Assembly (NCBI RefSeq): GCF_000341895.1
Contig: NC_020409.1
Span: forward strand, 1,170,001-1,202,000
DNA from: Pseudodesulfovibrio piezophilus C1TLV30
Lineage (GTDB): Bacteria; Desulfobacterota; Desulfovibrionia; Desulfovibrionales; Desulfovibrionaceae
Length of the DNA: 32,000 nt
Reading direction: 5' to 3'
Positions 1-7,913 of the stretch are shown here, piece by piece. Position numbers and translations under genes: made by a program. Under the pieces are notes generated by a model. The model saw only the letters and a program-made list of their open reading frames with translations, had not been told where the DNA came from and made no database searches. Position 1 is the stretch's first letter, and each line of letters starts with the position of its first letter.

Positions 1-461
1 AAGCTAAAATCCGCCGTAAGCTTCTAAATGATGGCAATATCGACACAGTGATCGGTCTGCCCGCCAATCTGTTTTATTCCACGGGCATTCCCGTGTGTAT
101 CCTGGTGCTGAAGAAGTGCAAGAAGCCTGATGACGTATTGTTCATCAACGCTGCCGAGCACTTTGAAAAAGGTAAAAAGATGAATTACTTGTCTCAGGAG
201 CATATCGACAAGATAATTTCCACGTATCAAAATCGCACAGAAGAAAAGCGCTTTGCTAAAAGAGTTTCCCACGAGGATATCAAGAAAAAGCATGACTACA
301 ATTTAAATATCACCCGATATGTCAGCCTCGCTGTACCGGAAAAAGAGGTTGACCTTAGCGCAGTACACAACGAACTGACAACGCTTGAAAAAAGTATCGG
401 AAAGGCCAAAAAGAAGCACAATAAGTATCTCAAGGAACTTGGCCTGCCGCTTTTGCCTTAG
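1..461 (+). CDS. hsdM: Type I restriction-modification DNA methyltransferase subunit M, C-terminal ~153 aa (5' part lies upstream of the window)
   Basis: Frame 3 is open from base 3 (AKIRRKLLNDGNIDTVIGLPANLFYSTGIPVCILVLKK...). The LPxNLFYxTGIPxxILVL block and the YNLNITRYV tail match the conserved C-terminal signature of HsdM proteins. Stop TAG at 459-461. Confidence 0.85.
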   Translation, partial: AKIRRKLLNDGNIDTVIGLPANLFYSTGIPVCILVLKKCKKPDDVLFINAAEHFEKGKKMNYLSQEHIDKIISTYQNRTEEKRFAKRVSHEDIKKKHDYNLNITRYVSLAVPEKEVDLSAVHNELTTLEKSIGKAKKKHNKYLKELGLPLLP

Positions 462-479
462 CCTTGATCGGAGGAATGA

Positions 480-1334
480 ATGTCGACTCCCTATTCTATA
501 CGCATGTTTCTCCCTGATGGCGACCCAGATGGGCTGCGTTTGATTGAAAAGTCAAATTGGACGGGTCTGGGTGTGGTCTTTTCACGCTCTGGCTACAAGG
601 ATGCTCTCAAACGTGAAGAGTTTCAGCGCACCGGCGTATATGTTCTTGTCGGAACCTCCGAAGAAAGCAGTCTGCCGACGGTCTACATTGGCGAAGGTGA
701 TCCTGTACGTCCACGTCTGGACAGCCATTATGCCAAGAAGGACTTTTGGAACTGGGGAGTCTTTTTCGTTACCAGCAATCAAAGCCTTAACAAGGCGCAT
801 GTGAAGTATTTGGAGAGTCGCCTGATCCAGCAGGCAAAGGATGCCAAGCAGTGCAATCTAGACAACTTCAATGATTCAGCCAAGCCGACCCTCTCCGAAG
901 CAGACATAGCTGACATGGAGAGCTTCATACAGGACATGCTCAAGGTCTTTCCTCTGGTCGGGCTCTCTGTCTTTGAGAAGCCGAATCAGGCCAGAGGAGA
1001 AAGAAATCTGCTCTATATCAAGGCTAAAGGGATTAAGGCTAAAGGATACGAAACAAGCAGAGGCTTCGTGGTCCTTGAAGGCTCAGAGGGGGTGACGAAA
1101 GAGGTGCCATCTATCCACCAATATCTCACCAATCTTCGGAATGATCTTGTCAAGAAAGGCGTACTTCAAGGGAAAAATGGACACTACGTATTCACCGAAG
1201 ATTATATTTTTTCATCACCAAGCACTGCTGCTGGGGTTGTCCTAGGAAGGAGTTCGAATGGTAGGACGTGCTGGAGGAATGGCAACGGGAAGACTTTAAA
1301 GGCGATCCAAGCGGAAAATACGATAGATGGATAA
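480..1334 (+). CDS. GIY-YIG nuclease-like protein with C-terminal DUF4357-type domain
   Basis: ATG is 18 nt after the hsdM stop, preceded by GGAGGA. The N-terminal half has GIY-YIG-like elements (GVYVLVG, VYIGEG, RLDSH, YLESRL). The C-terminal block GFVVLEGSEG...FSSPSTAAGVVLGRSSNGRTCWRN..GKTL matches my memory of DUF4357. Confidence 0.8.
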   Translation: MSTPYSIRMFLPDGDPDGLRLIEKSNWTGLGVVFSRSGYKDALKREEFQRTGVYVLVGTSEESSLPTVYIGEGDPVRPRLDSHYAKKDFWNWGVFFVTSNQSLNKAHVKYLESRLIQQAKDAKQCNLDNFNDSAKPTLSEADIADMESFIQDMLKVFPLVGLSVFEKPNQARGERNLLYIKAKGIKAKGYETSRGFVVLEGSEGVTKEVPSIHQYLTNLRNDLVKKGVLQGKNGHYVFTEDYIFSSPSTAAGVVLGRSSNGRTCWRNGNGKTLKAIQAENTIDG

Positions 1335-1360
1335 CATGTTGTTCGCAAGCTACTGCCGGG

Positions 1361-2023
1361 CTACTCAAACCGCCCGTACATGGCTTCGTGACACTCTCGC
1401 AGGAACGTCATCATCTCGGCGTAGTCGCCTGACTCGTAGAAACGGATCATCCCCGCGTTGTACTCGGTAAGCCGTTTGGCTGGCACCGACAACGGCGCGT
1501 AACCGTTGCTCATCAGGTGACCGTTGAGCATGAGCAGACCGGTGCGCTTGTTAGCGTCCCAGAAGAACTGGTTGCGTGCAAAGTCTAGGTGCAAGCGGTA
1601 AGCCTGCTCGCGCACATCATCGAGTTTCAGGATGTCTTCGACCACGCCAGCGAAAAGAGAATCCAGCTCGCCAGCTTTGGGCGGCTTGTACTCGGTGCCA
1701 GCTATGCCGACCTGGCCTGAGCGGAATTGCCCCGGGTCCAACGCCTCGCCAAGCCCCAAGACGCCTTGTATCGCACAGGCAGTCTCCTTGGTCAGACTGA
1801 ACGTATCCTGCTTTACCATGTCGATAAGCAGCTCCCAGCCAAGCTGTTGCTGCTTGAGCTTCTCTACGTCTGCCACCTTGTGTCCACCTACCGTCACACC
1901 CTGGAGGTAGGTCTGAACCTCAGGCATGGTGAAAGGCATCCCCTCCAAGCTCTGCACGTCGAACACGAGCTCAGCGAAGACTTTCCTTGCTATGAATAGT
2001 GCTTTTTCTTTGTCCTGTTTCAT
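1361..2023 (-). CDS. Fic/Doc family protein with a Doc-type, degenerate active-site motif
   Basis: ATG at 2023 has GGGAGGA 6-7 nt upstream; the ORF track starts earlier at a TTG. The core motif reads QFFWDANKRTG, against the Fic consensus HxFx(D/E)(A/G)N(G/K)R. The protein looks all-helical. Confidence 0.75.
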   Translation of the reverse strand: MKQDKEKALFIARKVFAELVFDVQSLEGMPFTMPEVQTYLQGVTVGGHKVADVEKLKQQQLGWELLIDMVKQDTFSLTKETACAIQGVLGLGEALDPGQFRSGQVGIAGTEYKPPKAGELDSLFAGVVEDILKLDDVREQAYRLHLDFARNQFFWDANKRTGLLMLNGHLMSNGYAPLSVPAKRLTEYNAGMIRFYESGDYAEMMTFLRECHEAMYGRFE

Positions 2024-2133
2024 GGCTTTTCCTCCCGCGAAACGCAATTGACGATCACGGGTGTAGTCAATAAATGTCTCGAATCATGGACGGAGTCAAC
2101 TCCGATCGTCGCATCTACAGCCCCTGTAGCCCA

Positions 2134-2880
2134 CTAACTTTCAATATCGCAACCGTCCTTATCTTTAATGTCAGTCTTAGACTTTGCTGCTTCATTGAGC
2201 CATTCTGAGGTTAGGCGCTGTGCTTCTTCAACTTCGTTCGTATCCATATATTTCTCTAGGCGATCTCTTGCGCTAGCCGATCCATCAACGTCCTTGTAAG
2301 CTCCCAAGTTGTACCACATGTATGCTTGGACATTATCAGCTTCTGTCCCTCTACCATTTTCAAACGCTTTGCCTAACTCGAAATAAGCGACTGATCTTTT
2401 TTGATTTGCAGCACGCTGATACCAATTGAAAGCCATTGCATAATTTTTCGGAGTGCCATCACCTCTAGCAAACATCATTGCAACCCAAAATTGAGCCTTG
2501 CTATCCCCCATCTCAGCAGCACTAAGAAAACATTCGTAAGCCTTTTTAAAATCTCGATCGACGCCCCTCCCATCATAATAAAGGCCTCCCAGCTCACATA
2601 TCGCTCGCATTTCGCCATTTGCGGCTGAGATGGAATAATACTCGAATGCCCGCTTAGCATCTTTCTTTGTCCCCCTCCCATGAGCATGCAATCGTCCCAG
2701 GCAGTAGGCCGCGTTAGTATCACCAAGTTCGTATGCAGCGGTCAGTGATGAAACAGCTCTTTCATAGTCACCCTGATTATACGCGGTGTACCCTTCATAC
2801 ATGTAGTCCTTTAACCGAACGGCATCCTCCAAAACTTCTTTCTGCTTTTGACCAAATTGACGAAATATCTTTTTCAACAT
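2134..2880 (-). CDS. Sel1-like (SLR) repeat protein
   Basis: About 5 tandem ~36-aa repeats of the Sel1 pattern (A.Y.LG.LY..G.GV.KD...A..W...AA..G). ATG at 2880 has GGGAG upstream. Low GC compared with neighbours. Confidence 0.85.
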   Translation of the reverse strand: MLKKIFRQFGQKQKEVLEDAVRLKDYMYEGYTAYNQGDYERAVSSLTAAYELGDTNAAYCLGRLHAHGRGTKKDAKRAFEYYSISAANGEMRAICELGGLYYDGRGVDRDFKKAYECFLSAAEMGDSKAQFWVAMMFARGDGTPKNYAMAFNWYQRAANQKRSVAYFELGKAFENGRGTEADNVQAYMWYNLGAYKDVDGSASARDRLEKYMDTNEVEEAQRLTSEWLNEAAKSKTDIKDKDGCDIES

Positions 2881-3023
2881 GCTAACTCCCATGATCAGTC
2901 CAAATTCAAACTTCACAAGACGTTACCGGAGCCTGTCCAACACGACAACACACAATTCTGAAGAATACTATATTATCCTCGTCGTGCTTATCGTCGGTAA
3001 AAATATAATAACATATCGGATAG

Positions 3024-3341
3024 TTACAAAGTTAAACTATCCCTCACCTCCGCGAAAACGTCCTCGAACCGCTTCACCGCCTTTCGGCACAGAACCATCA
3101 GCCCTGGAGCTATACCCATCTCGGCAATGGTGAAGTATCCCCACTCGGAGTTCTCAAAGTCGCCGCCCAGAACGACGCAGCCGGAGTACAGGCCCCTGCC
3201 ATTGGACTCTGCCGCCATCCAGTGAGAGTCAGATTCGAGACGGAAGAAGTGCAGCCATATCTCCTTGTCCTTGAGGGGGACGCCATCCGTCTCGCCTAGC
3301 CTGGGTATCTTTGCTTCGTGCTTCCTCCATCCCTCAGCCAT
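3024..3341 (-). CDS. DUF2958 domain protein (copy 2)
   Basis: Contains EIWLHFF..SDSHWMAAE..G..YSGCVVLGGDFENSEWGYFTIAEM, the conserved DUF2958 core as I remember it. Its ATG overlaps the stop of the upstream paralogue (ATGGCTGA). Confidence 0.8.
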   Translation of the reverse strand: MAEGWRKHEAKIPRLGETDGVPLKDKEIWLHFFRLESDSHWMAAESNGRGLYSGCVVLGGDFENSEWGYFTIAEMGIAPGLMVLCRKAVKRFEDVFAEVRDSLTL

Positions 3342-3660
3342 TCCATCCCCCTCCGTGCCGTTCCGACATGACCTCCTTGAACTCCCGCACCCTCCAGCCG
3401 TCCTCGACGCAGACCACGAACGGGCCTACCTTCAATTCGGTCAGCTCGGCCAGCGAGAAGTATCCCCACTCCGAGTTCATCATGTCGCCGTTCAGGACCG
3501 CGTAGCCGAAGAACGTGTCCTTGCCGTCGAACTCGGCGGCGTACCAGTGGGAGTCGCCGAAAAAAAAGTGCGCCCAGATCAGCTTCTCGTCGGCTGGCGT
3601 GTCCTCGGTCTCGTACAGCCTGGGCATCCTTGGCACCAAGCCTTTGCTCTTAGTCGTCAT
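3334..3660 (-). CDS. DUF2958 domain protein (copy 1)
   Basis: Contains KLIWAHFFFGDSHWYAAEFDGKDTFFGYAVLNGDMMNSEWGYFSLAEL. ATG at 3660 has AGGAG 7 nt upstream; the ORF track offers a longer N-terminus to 3702. Confidence 0.8.
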   Translation of the reverse strand: MTTKSKGLVPRMPRLYETEDTPADEKLIWAHFFFGDSHWYAAEFDGKDTFFGYAVLNGDMMNSEWGYFSLAELTELKVGPFVVCVEDGWRVREFKEVMSERHGGGWNG

Positions 3661-3760
3661 GCAGTGCTCCTGCCGCGCCGCCAGGGCGCGGCTGCTTCGC
3701 AAGTTGTTGGATCATGTCGAGCGAGGAGCGTCCGCGTCCCTGCCCGGCCCTTAGGAAACG

Positions 3761-3790
3761 AAAAGGCCCGGCGCGATCGCGCCGGGCCTT
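3761..3790 (-). terminator. Rho-independent terminator downstream of the MucR-family gene
   Basis: Perfect stem GGCCCGGCGC / GCGCCGGGCC (3765-3774 / 3779-3788) with a GATC loop. On the minus strand it is followed by TTTTCGTTT. Confidence 0.7.
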
Positions 3791-3795
3791 CCTGC

Positions 3796-4239
3796 TTAGG
3801 CATCTTTGGGAGCATCCTTGGCTTTCCCCTTGGCTGGCTTCTCCTTGTCGTCGGGCTTCTTTCCCGTCCGCGTCCAGAGCTTCATCTCCTTCATGCGCTC
3901 GGACCGTGCCTTGGCCGTCTCCCGACAGGAAAGCGGAGCCCGTTTCTTGTAGCCCCACTTCTCCCGGTACTGGTCAGCTGTCAGCCCGTGCGACTCCAGG
4001 TGCTTCTTCGAAAGGGTCTTGAAGGTCCGTCCGCACTCCAGGCAGACGATGGACTTGTTCCTGATCGCCCGTTTTGGATCGCAAGGCGGTTCCTGCCTGG
4101 GCGGCTCAGCATCGCCATCAGCGATCCTTTTCAGCCTTTCCGCCAGCCTCTCGATGGTCTCGCACAGCTCGTCGACGGTCATCGGCCTGACCCCAGCCTG
4201 CGCCTCCACGATCCTGAGGGCATTCTCCATGTGACTCAT
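3796..4239 (-). CDS. MucR/Ros family zinc-finger transcriptional regulator
   Basis: Contains IVCLECGRTFKTLSKKHLESHGLTADQYREKWGY, the characteristic MucR/Ros C2H2-like block. AAGGAG lies 6 nt upstream of the ATG at 4239; an alternative ATG at 4245 abuts the SD. Confidence 0.85.
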   Translation of the reverse strand: MSHMENALRIVEAQAGVRPMTVDELCETIERLAERLKRIADGDAEPPRQEPPCDPKRAIRNKSIVCLECGRTFKTLSKKHLESHGLTADQYREKWGYKKRAPLSCRETAKARSERMKEMKLWTRTGKKPDDKEKPAKGKAKDAPKDA

Positions 4240-4451
4240 GCTCATCTCCTTGTTTTAGCTTGATATCAAAGGAGACGTCATTATATCGCTCTATGGGTTT
4301 CGTACACCCCGAAACAAATCACTTTGTGACCGCAAAACTCTCATTTCGAGCAAAGATCAATTGATTTAAACAACAAAGGCTTATTGCGAAATGACAACGG
4401 ATGATGATACCAACATCTTGAAATAGAATGCATTAGCCTTTAGAAGACACC

Positions 4452-5239
4452 ATGCCAAGAATCCCCAGAATCACCCTCGCCGAATGGAATTGCGTCTATG
4501 AGGGAAGAAAAGACAAACTATTTGACGACAAGACTCGTCCCAAAATCGCGACTCGACGTGCCCTCATCGCAAAATCTGGTGCTGAGCGACACCGCCAACA
4601 AGGCGAAATCGCCCTCAGGCAGGCATGGGAAAAAGGAAGCTCTGTCTCATTAGCTGCAACCCTTGCTCCCTTCAACAAACGTATCAAAAGGTGCGCTGTC
4701 ACAAGCATCGTCGAAACCATTGAGCTATGCACCTTTGTGATCAATCAAGCCGTATCCAAGCAACTCATTGATTTAATGGACAATCAACAAATAGAAATTG
4801 TAAGGAGTTTTGAGCAAAGAGCAAAAAAAAACTTGTTAACGACATATACTCCCACAACGCAAAGTTGGCGGCCGCTCAGATGGCTAAAACGCGAACTTTC
4901 GATCAAGCTAGGCAGGCCTTTATTGACAAGGTTTCTAAGCTCAGGACCGACATCAGTCCTCACTACCCTAGTTTTGTCCTCAAGCAAATCCTTGAGATAT
5001 TACGCTCGACACACCGTCCTTTTTCAGAGCAAAAGATTGTGGAGATCTATAAGACCTACGATCTCGGCATAAAGAACTTTCATTGCCTCACTCCGACAGA
5101 AAGAGCAAACACCCGGAGAAGGATTGCCAGGTGGATCGACCTGGTTCCACCCGGTGACCTAGCATGTGAAATAGCTCTCTCAATTTCACTCCTGTGCGAA
5201 AGACGCATGCTTCGAAAAATTCGATCCGACAAGAAGTAA
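4452..5239 (+). CDS. Hypothetical protein (family member P1) split into two frames at an A9 run
   Basis: Frame 3 (4452 onward) reads protein-like up to ~4830 and then degenerates. Frame 2 is open from 4814 and reads protein-like to the TAA at 5237-5239. The switch point is the A9 run at 4823-4831. A fused product would be about 262 aa. Confidence 0.55.
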
Positions 5240-5783
5240 GCACGCGGCCTACAAGCCTATCACAAGCAGTCCCACCTCAACTCCTTGGCGATAGCCCCTT
5301 GCGATCTGTCAACTCATCGCCAGGTACTACCCCCCATCTGACATAGCTATCTGCCACAGCGGGCACAAGCGTCTTCGAGCCACCAGTCGGCACCACATCT
5401 ACACAGCTTGAATTACTGATAAAACAGATCAGACAGCTAAGATGACAGAGCCTTTCCTCTAGCTGAAGCCTACTTTATTCTCGTCCAAGACACCTCACTT
5501 CGACATCTGATATAGAAAAACAAATGGCAGATTCGGTACATTGCGACCTCGCCAACCATTCTTGCCCCTTCCTTATACATGAACCGTCAACACTTACTAC
5601 AGCAGTTCAACCTGCTGTTATTAATCCTTTTTTCTGAATTCCACACACAAAAACTCATTTTTTATCTCAAGTGCAGATCAGAGCAGGAGCGTAATTGATA
5701 CAATTTAGGGGCGTCTCTCACCGGGAAAGACGATTTCTTTTAAACAGCGCGAAAGCGCAAACGAGTTCCAAGGAGGAACCGAC

Positions 5784-6680
5784 ATGTACGAATTTGGAAA
5801 CGAGATGCTGTGGACGATTGAAATGTTGACTTCTGACAACGAATCTTACGAATTCGCCTCCAGAGACATCAACAGGAAGTTGGACATCCCCAGCCCTGTG
5901 ATGGACCTCATGTTCTTTGGCCGCAAAGCAGGAGGTGCCGTTGACGCCATCTCTGAAGATGGGCTTGAATCCACTGAGGGAACATGTCCGACACTCTCTC
6001 GGTTTACAGCCGTCCTGACCCTCCGCAAGAAGTTCCACGACAAAGTTTACGCTCTGATGCGCGAAATCACTGCTCGGACCATCAGCGCACTCGACACGGA
6101 GGAGTTAGCTGAACTCTGGGAGGGCGAGGTCTCTTACCGGGAGATCATAGAGACGATTGCCTTTGTTCCGGGACTGAGCTTTTGCACACCGCTTTTCATT
6201 GAAGCAGCCCTTAGCTCCATGGTCAACACCCTTGAGAACTTCGAGGAGACTTCGCCGGAGGCTGTCAAATTCGCCTTGAAGCACATGGATGAAGTGGCAT
6301 GCTCCAAATTCGACAATAACTACTTCGTGAACATGATCGTAATGAGGAGAGAGGCCATCAACATCATTGAAGCTGGTGAGACGTTTGCCGATGGGTGGAA
6401 GGAAAAAGCGATTGAAGCCCTCTTCAGCATCGACTTCGAGTCCGAGATTCACCTGACGGATGAAAACGAACTGATGACTGAAGAGCTGGTGGCGGGCATA
6501 TTGGATGATGCTGCCCCGCACAACATCGCCATCACCGTTGCCTGGCTGTCGGCCATCTACCTCTACACCGAGTATGGCGATCGAATCGTTGATTTCTTCG
6601 ATATCGACATCAAAGACATCGAAGCAGAAGACCACCAGGAGAACGCTTATGACGAAACCCCTGACGGCCTGGCTGCGTAA
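5784..6680 (+). CDS. Hypothetical, strongly acidic protein (298 aa)
   Basis: AGGAGG at 5771-5776 lies 7 nt before the ATG. The composition is coding-like and very rich in D/E (for example DFFDIDIKDIEAEDHQENAYDE). I recognise no family. Confidence 0.8.
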   Translation: MYEFGNEMLWTIEMLTSDNESYEFASRDINRKLDIPSPVMDLMFFGRKAGGAVDAISEDGLESTEGTCPTLSRFTAVLTLRKKFHDKVYALMREITARTISALDTEELAELWEGEVSYREIIETIAFVPGLSFCTPLFIEAALSSMVNTLENFEETSPEAVKFALKHMDEVACSKFDNNYFVNMIVMRREAINIIEAGETFADGWKEKAIEALFSIDFESEIHLTDENELMTEELVAGILDDAAPHNIAITVAWLSAIYLYTEYGDRIVDFFDIDIKDIEAEDHQENAYDETPDGLAA

Positions 6681-6857
6681 ACGCTAACACGGAGGGATCA
6701 TAACGAAGCCAGGGGGACAGCTGGTACCTGCCCCCTGGCAAATGAAACTCCAACATGTTGTACGCAGAGGACTCTATACAGCAGAAACAAGTGATTGTGA
6801 ATGCAAGTCCCCCCTAACAGAATTAAGCCGCGAACACAGCGGAGTAAGGAATACACA

Positions 6858-7814
6858 ATGCCCAAGAAATCCAAGAAAAACACCAAGCGCTTGAAAGCCA
6901 ACGCAAAACGAACCGCAGCCAAGAATCTGGCCCGTAACAAGAAACGTGACGCCCAGAGGAAAAGCGACATTGAGCAGGCATTGCACCGACAGCAGCAGTC
7001 CACAGCACTTTTGACTGACATTGAACGAGAGCTGAACGACTCTGGTCGGTTCTACGTAGAACTTGACAGGATCAGCAGAGAGGGATTCGCGCAGACGCCG
7101 TTCGCTCTGGCTGCAGCAGAGGCAACCGATCTCATCCCCCATGACGAGTTGAGGGCGTATCGGAAAGCATGGGAAAAGGGAGACGTCATTGCACTGGCTG
7201 CCACCGTTGCCGCCAATAGCCCCGACTTGCTCACATACACACATGAAGCTATTCGATATGTAACCGAGCCGATTGCGCACCTGATTGGGCTTACAGCCAC
7301 AGACACTAACTGGAAAGGTTCTGAAGAGGATCTCTATGCATTTATCGCCGAGATGCTCAAGCCCACCGCAGACCAGATCGTGAGTGACATTTTGATCAGG
7401 GGTGCCAGAGCCGCCATGCAGGCTTGGATCGGCACAGGTGAAGATTCTTTTAATGGAATTCTTGGCATCACCAACCAGTACATACTCGACAGGGTGCAAA
7501 CTCAGGCTGCCCGTAACAGAGGCTACTACGAACAGCTCGCTTTGGATAATGCTCTCACCGTTCTTAAAAACGCAGATCACATCTCCACAAAGTGGAGAGC
7601 CGGAGCGAAAATCCTCCTGTCTTTCTTCGATGAGACATACTTTGAAAGCAGCGTCGTTCGGGCCGATTTCGTATCTGGCATAGTTGCCATGGTCCAGGAA
7701 AAGGCACTCTTCTTCCCTGCGCGAGAGTTCTCGGCTTTCATTGCCTGGGATGGAGCTATCGACACCTTTGAGCGTATGGACTCTGAAGGCAAACTGTTCG
7801 GCAGGGCCGCATAA
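6858..7814 (+). CDS. Hypothetical protein (family member P2) with a basic Lys/Arg-rich N-terminus
   Basis: ATG at 6858 follows GGAGTAAGGA. The N-terminus is MPKKSKKNTKRLKANAKR. It shares the RxAWExG..I....AT.A block and an 83-aa collinear region with 14689..15897. Confidence 0.75.
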   Translation: MPKKSKKNTKRLKANAKRTAAKNLARNKKRDAQRKSDIEQALHRQQQSTALLTDIERELNDSGRFYVELDRISREGFAQTPFALAAAEATDLIPHDELRAYRKAWEKGDVIALAATVAANSPDLLTYTHEAIRYVTEPIAHLIGLTATDTNWKGSEEDLYAFIAEMLKPTADQIVSDILIRGARAAMQAWIGTGEDSFNGILGITNQYILDRVQTQAARNRGYYEQLALDNALTVLKNADHISTKWRAGAKILLSFFDETYFESSVVRADFVSGIVAMVQEKALFFPAREFSAFIAWDGAIDTFERMDSEGKLFGRAA

Positions 7815-7913
7815 TCAACGAGCGCCAGGAGAGGCTTTCCAAGCTTCTCCTGGTACTCCGCAGGACAAGGAAAACCTACCTCAATTCACTCGAACAGAAT
7901 TGGAGACAAGAAA

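Noticed and set aside
3265-4263. 332-aa plus-strand ORF spanning the DUF2958 and MucR region
   Set aside because: It is Pro/Arg/Leu/Gly-rich and low in complexity. It runs straight through a terminator hairpin and across three well-supported minus-strand genes. This is a typical GC-rich shadow frame.
5599-5633. Hairpin ACAGCAG-TTCAAC-CTGCTGT as a terminator for the split gene P1
   Set aside because: It lies 360 nt beyond the stop codon, and the T-run is separated from the stem by ~10 nt. It is kept only as a note under the MucR/AT-rich finding.
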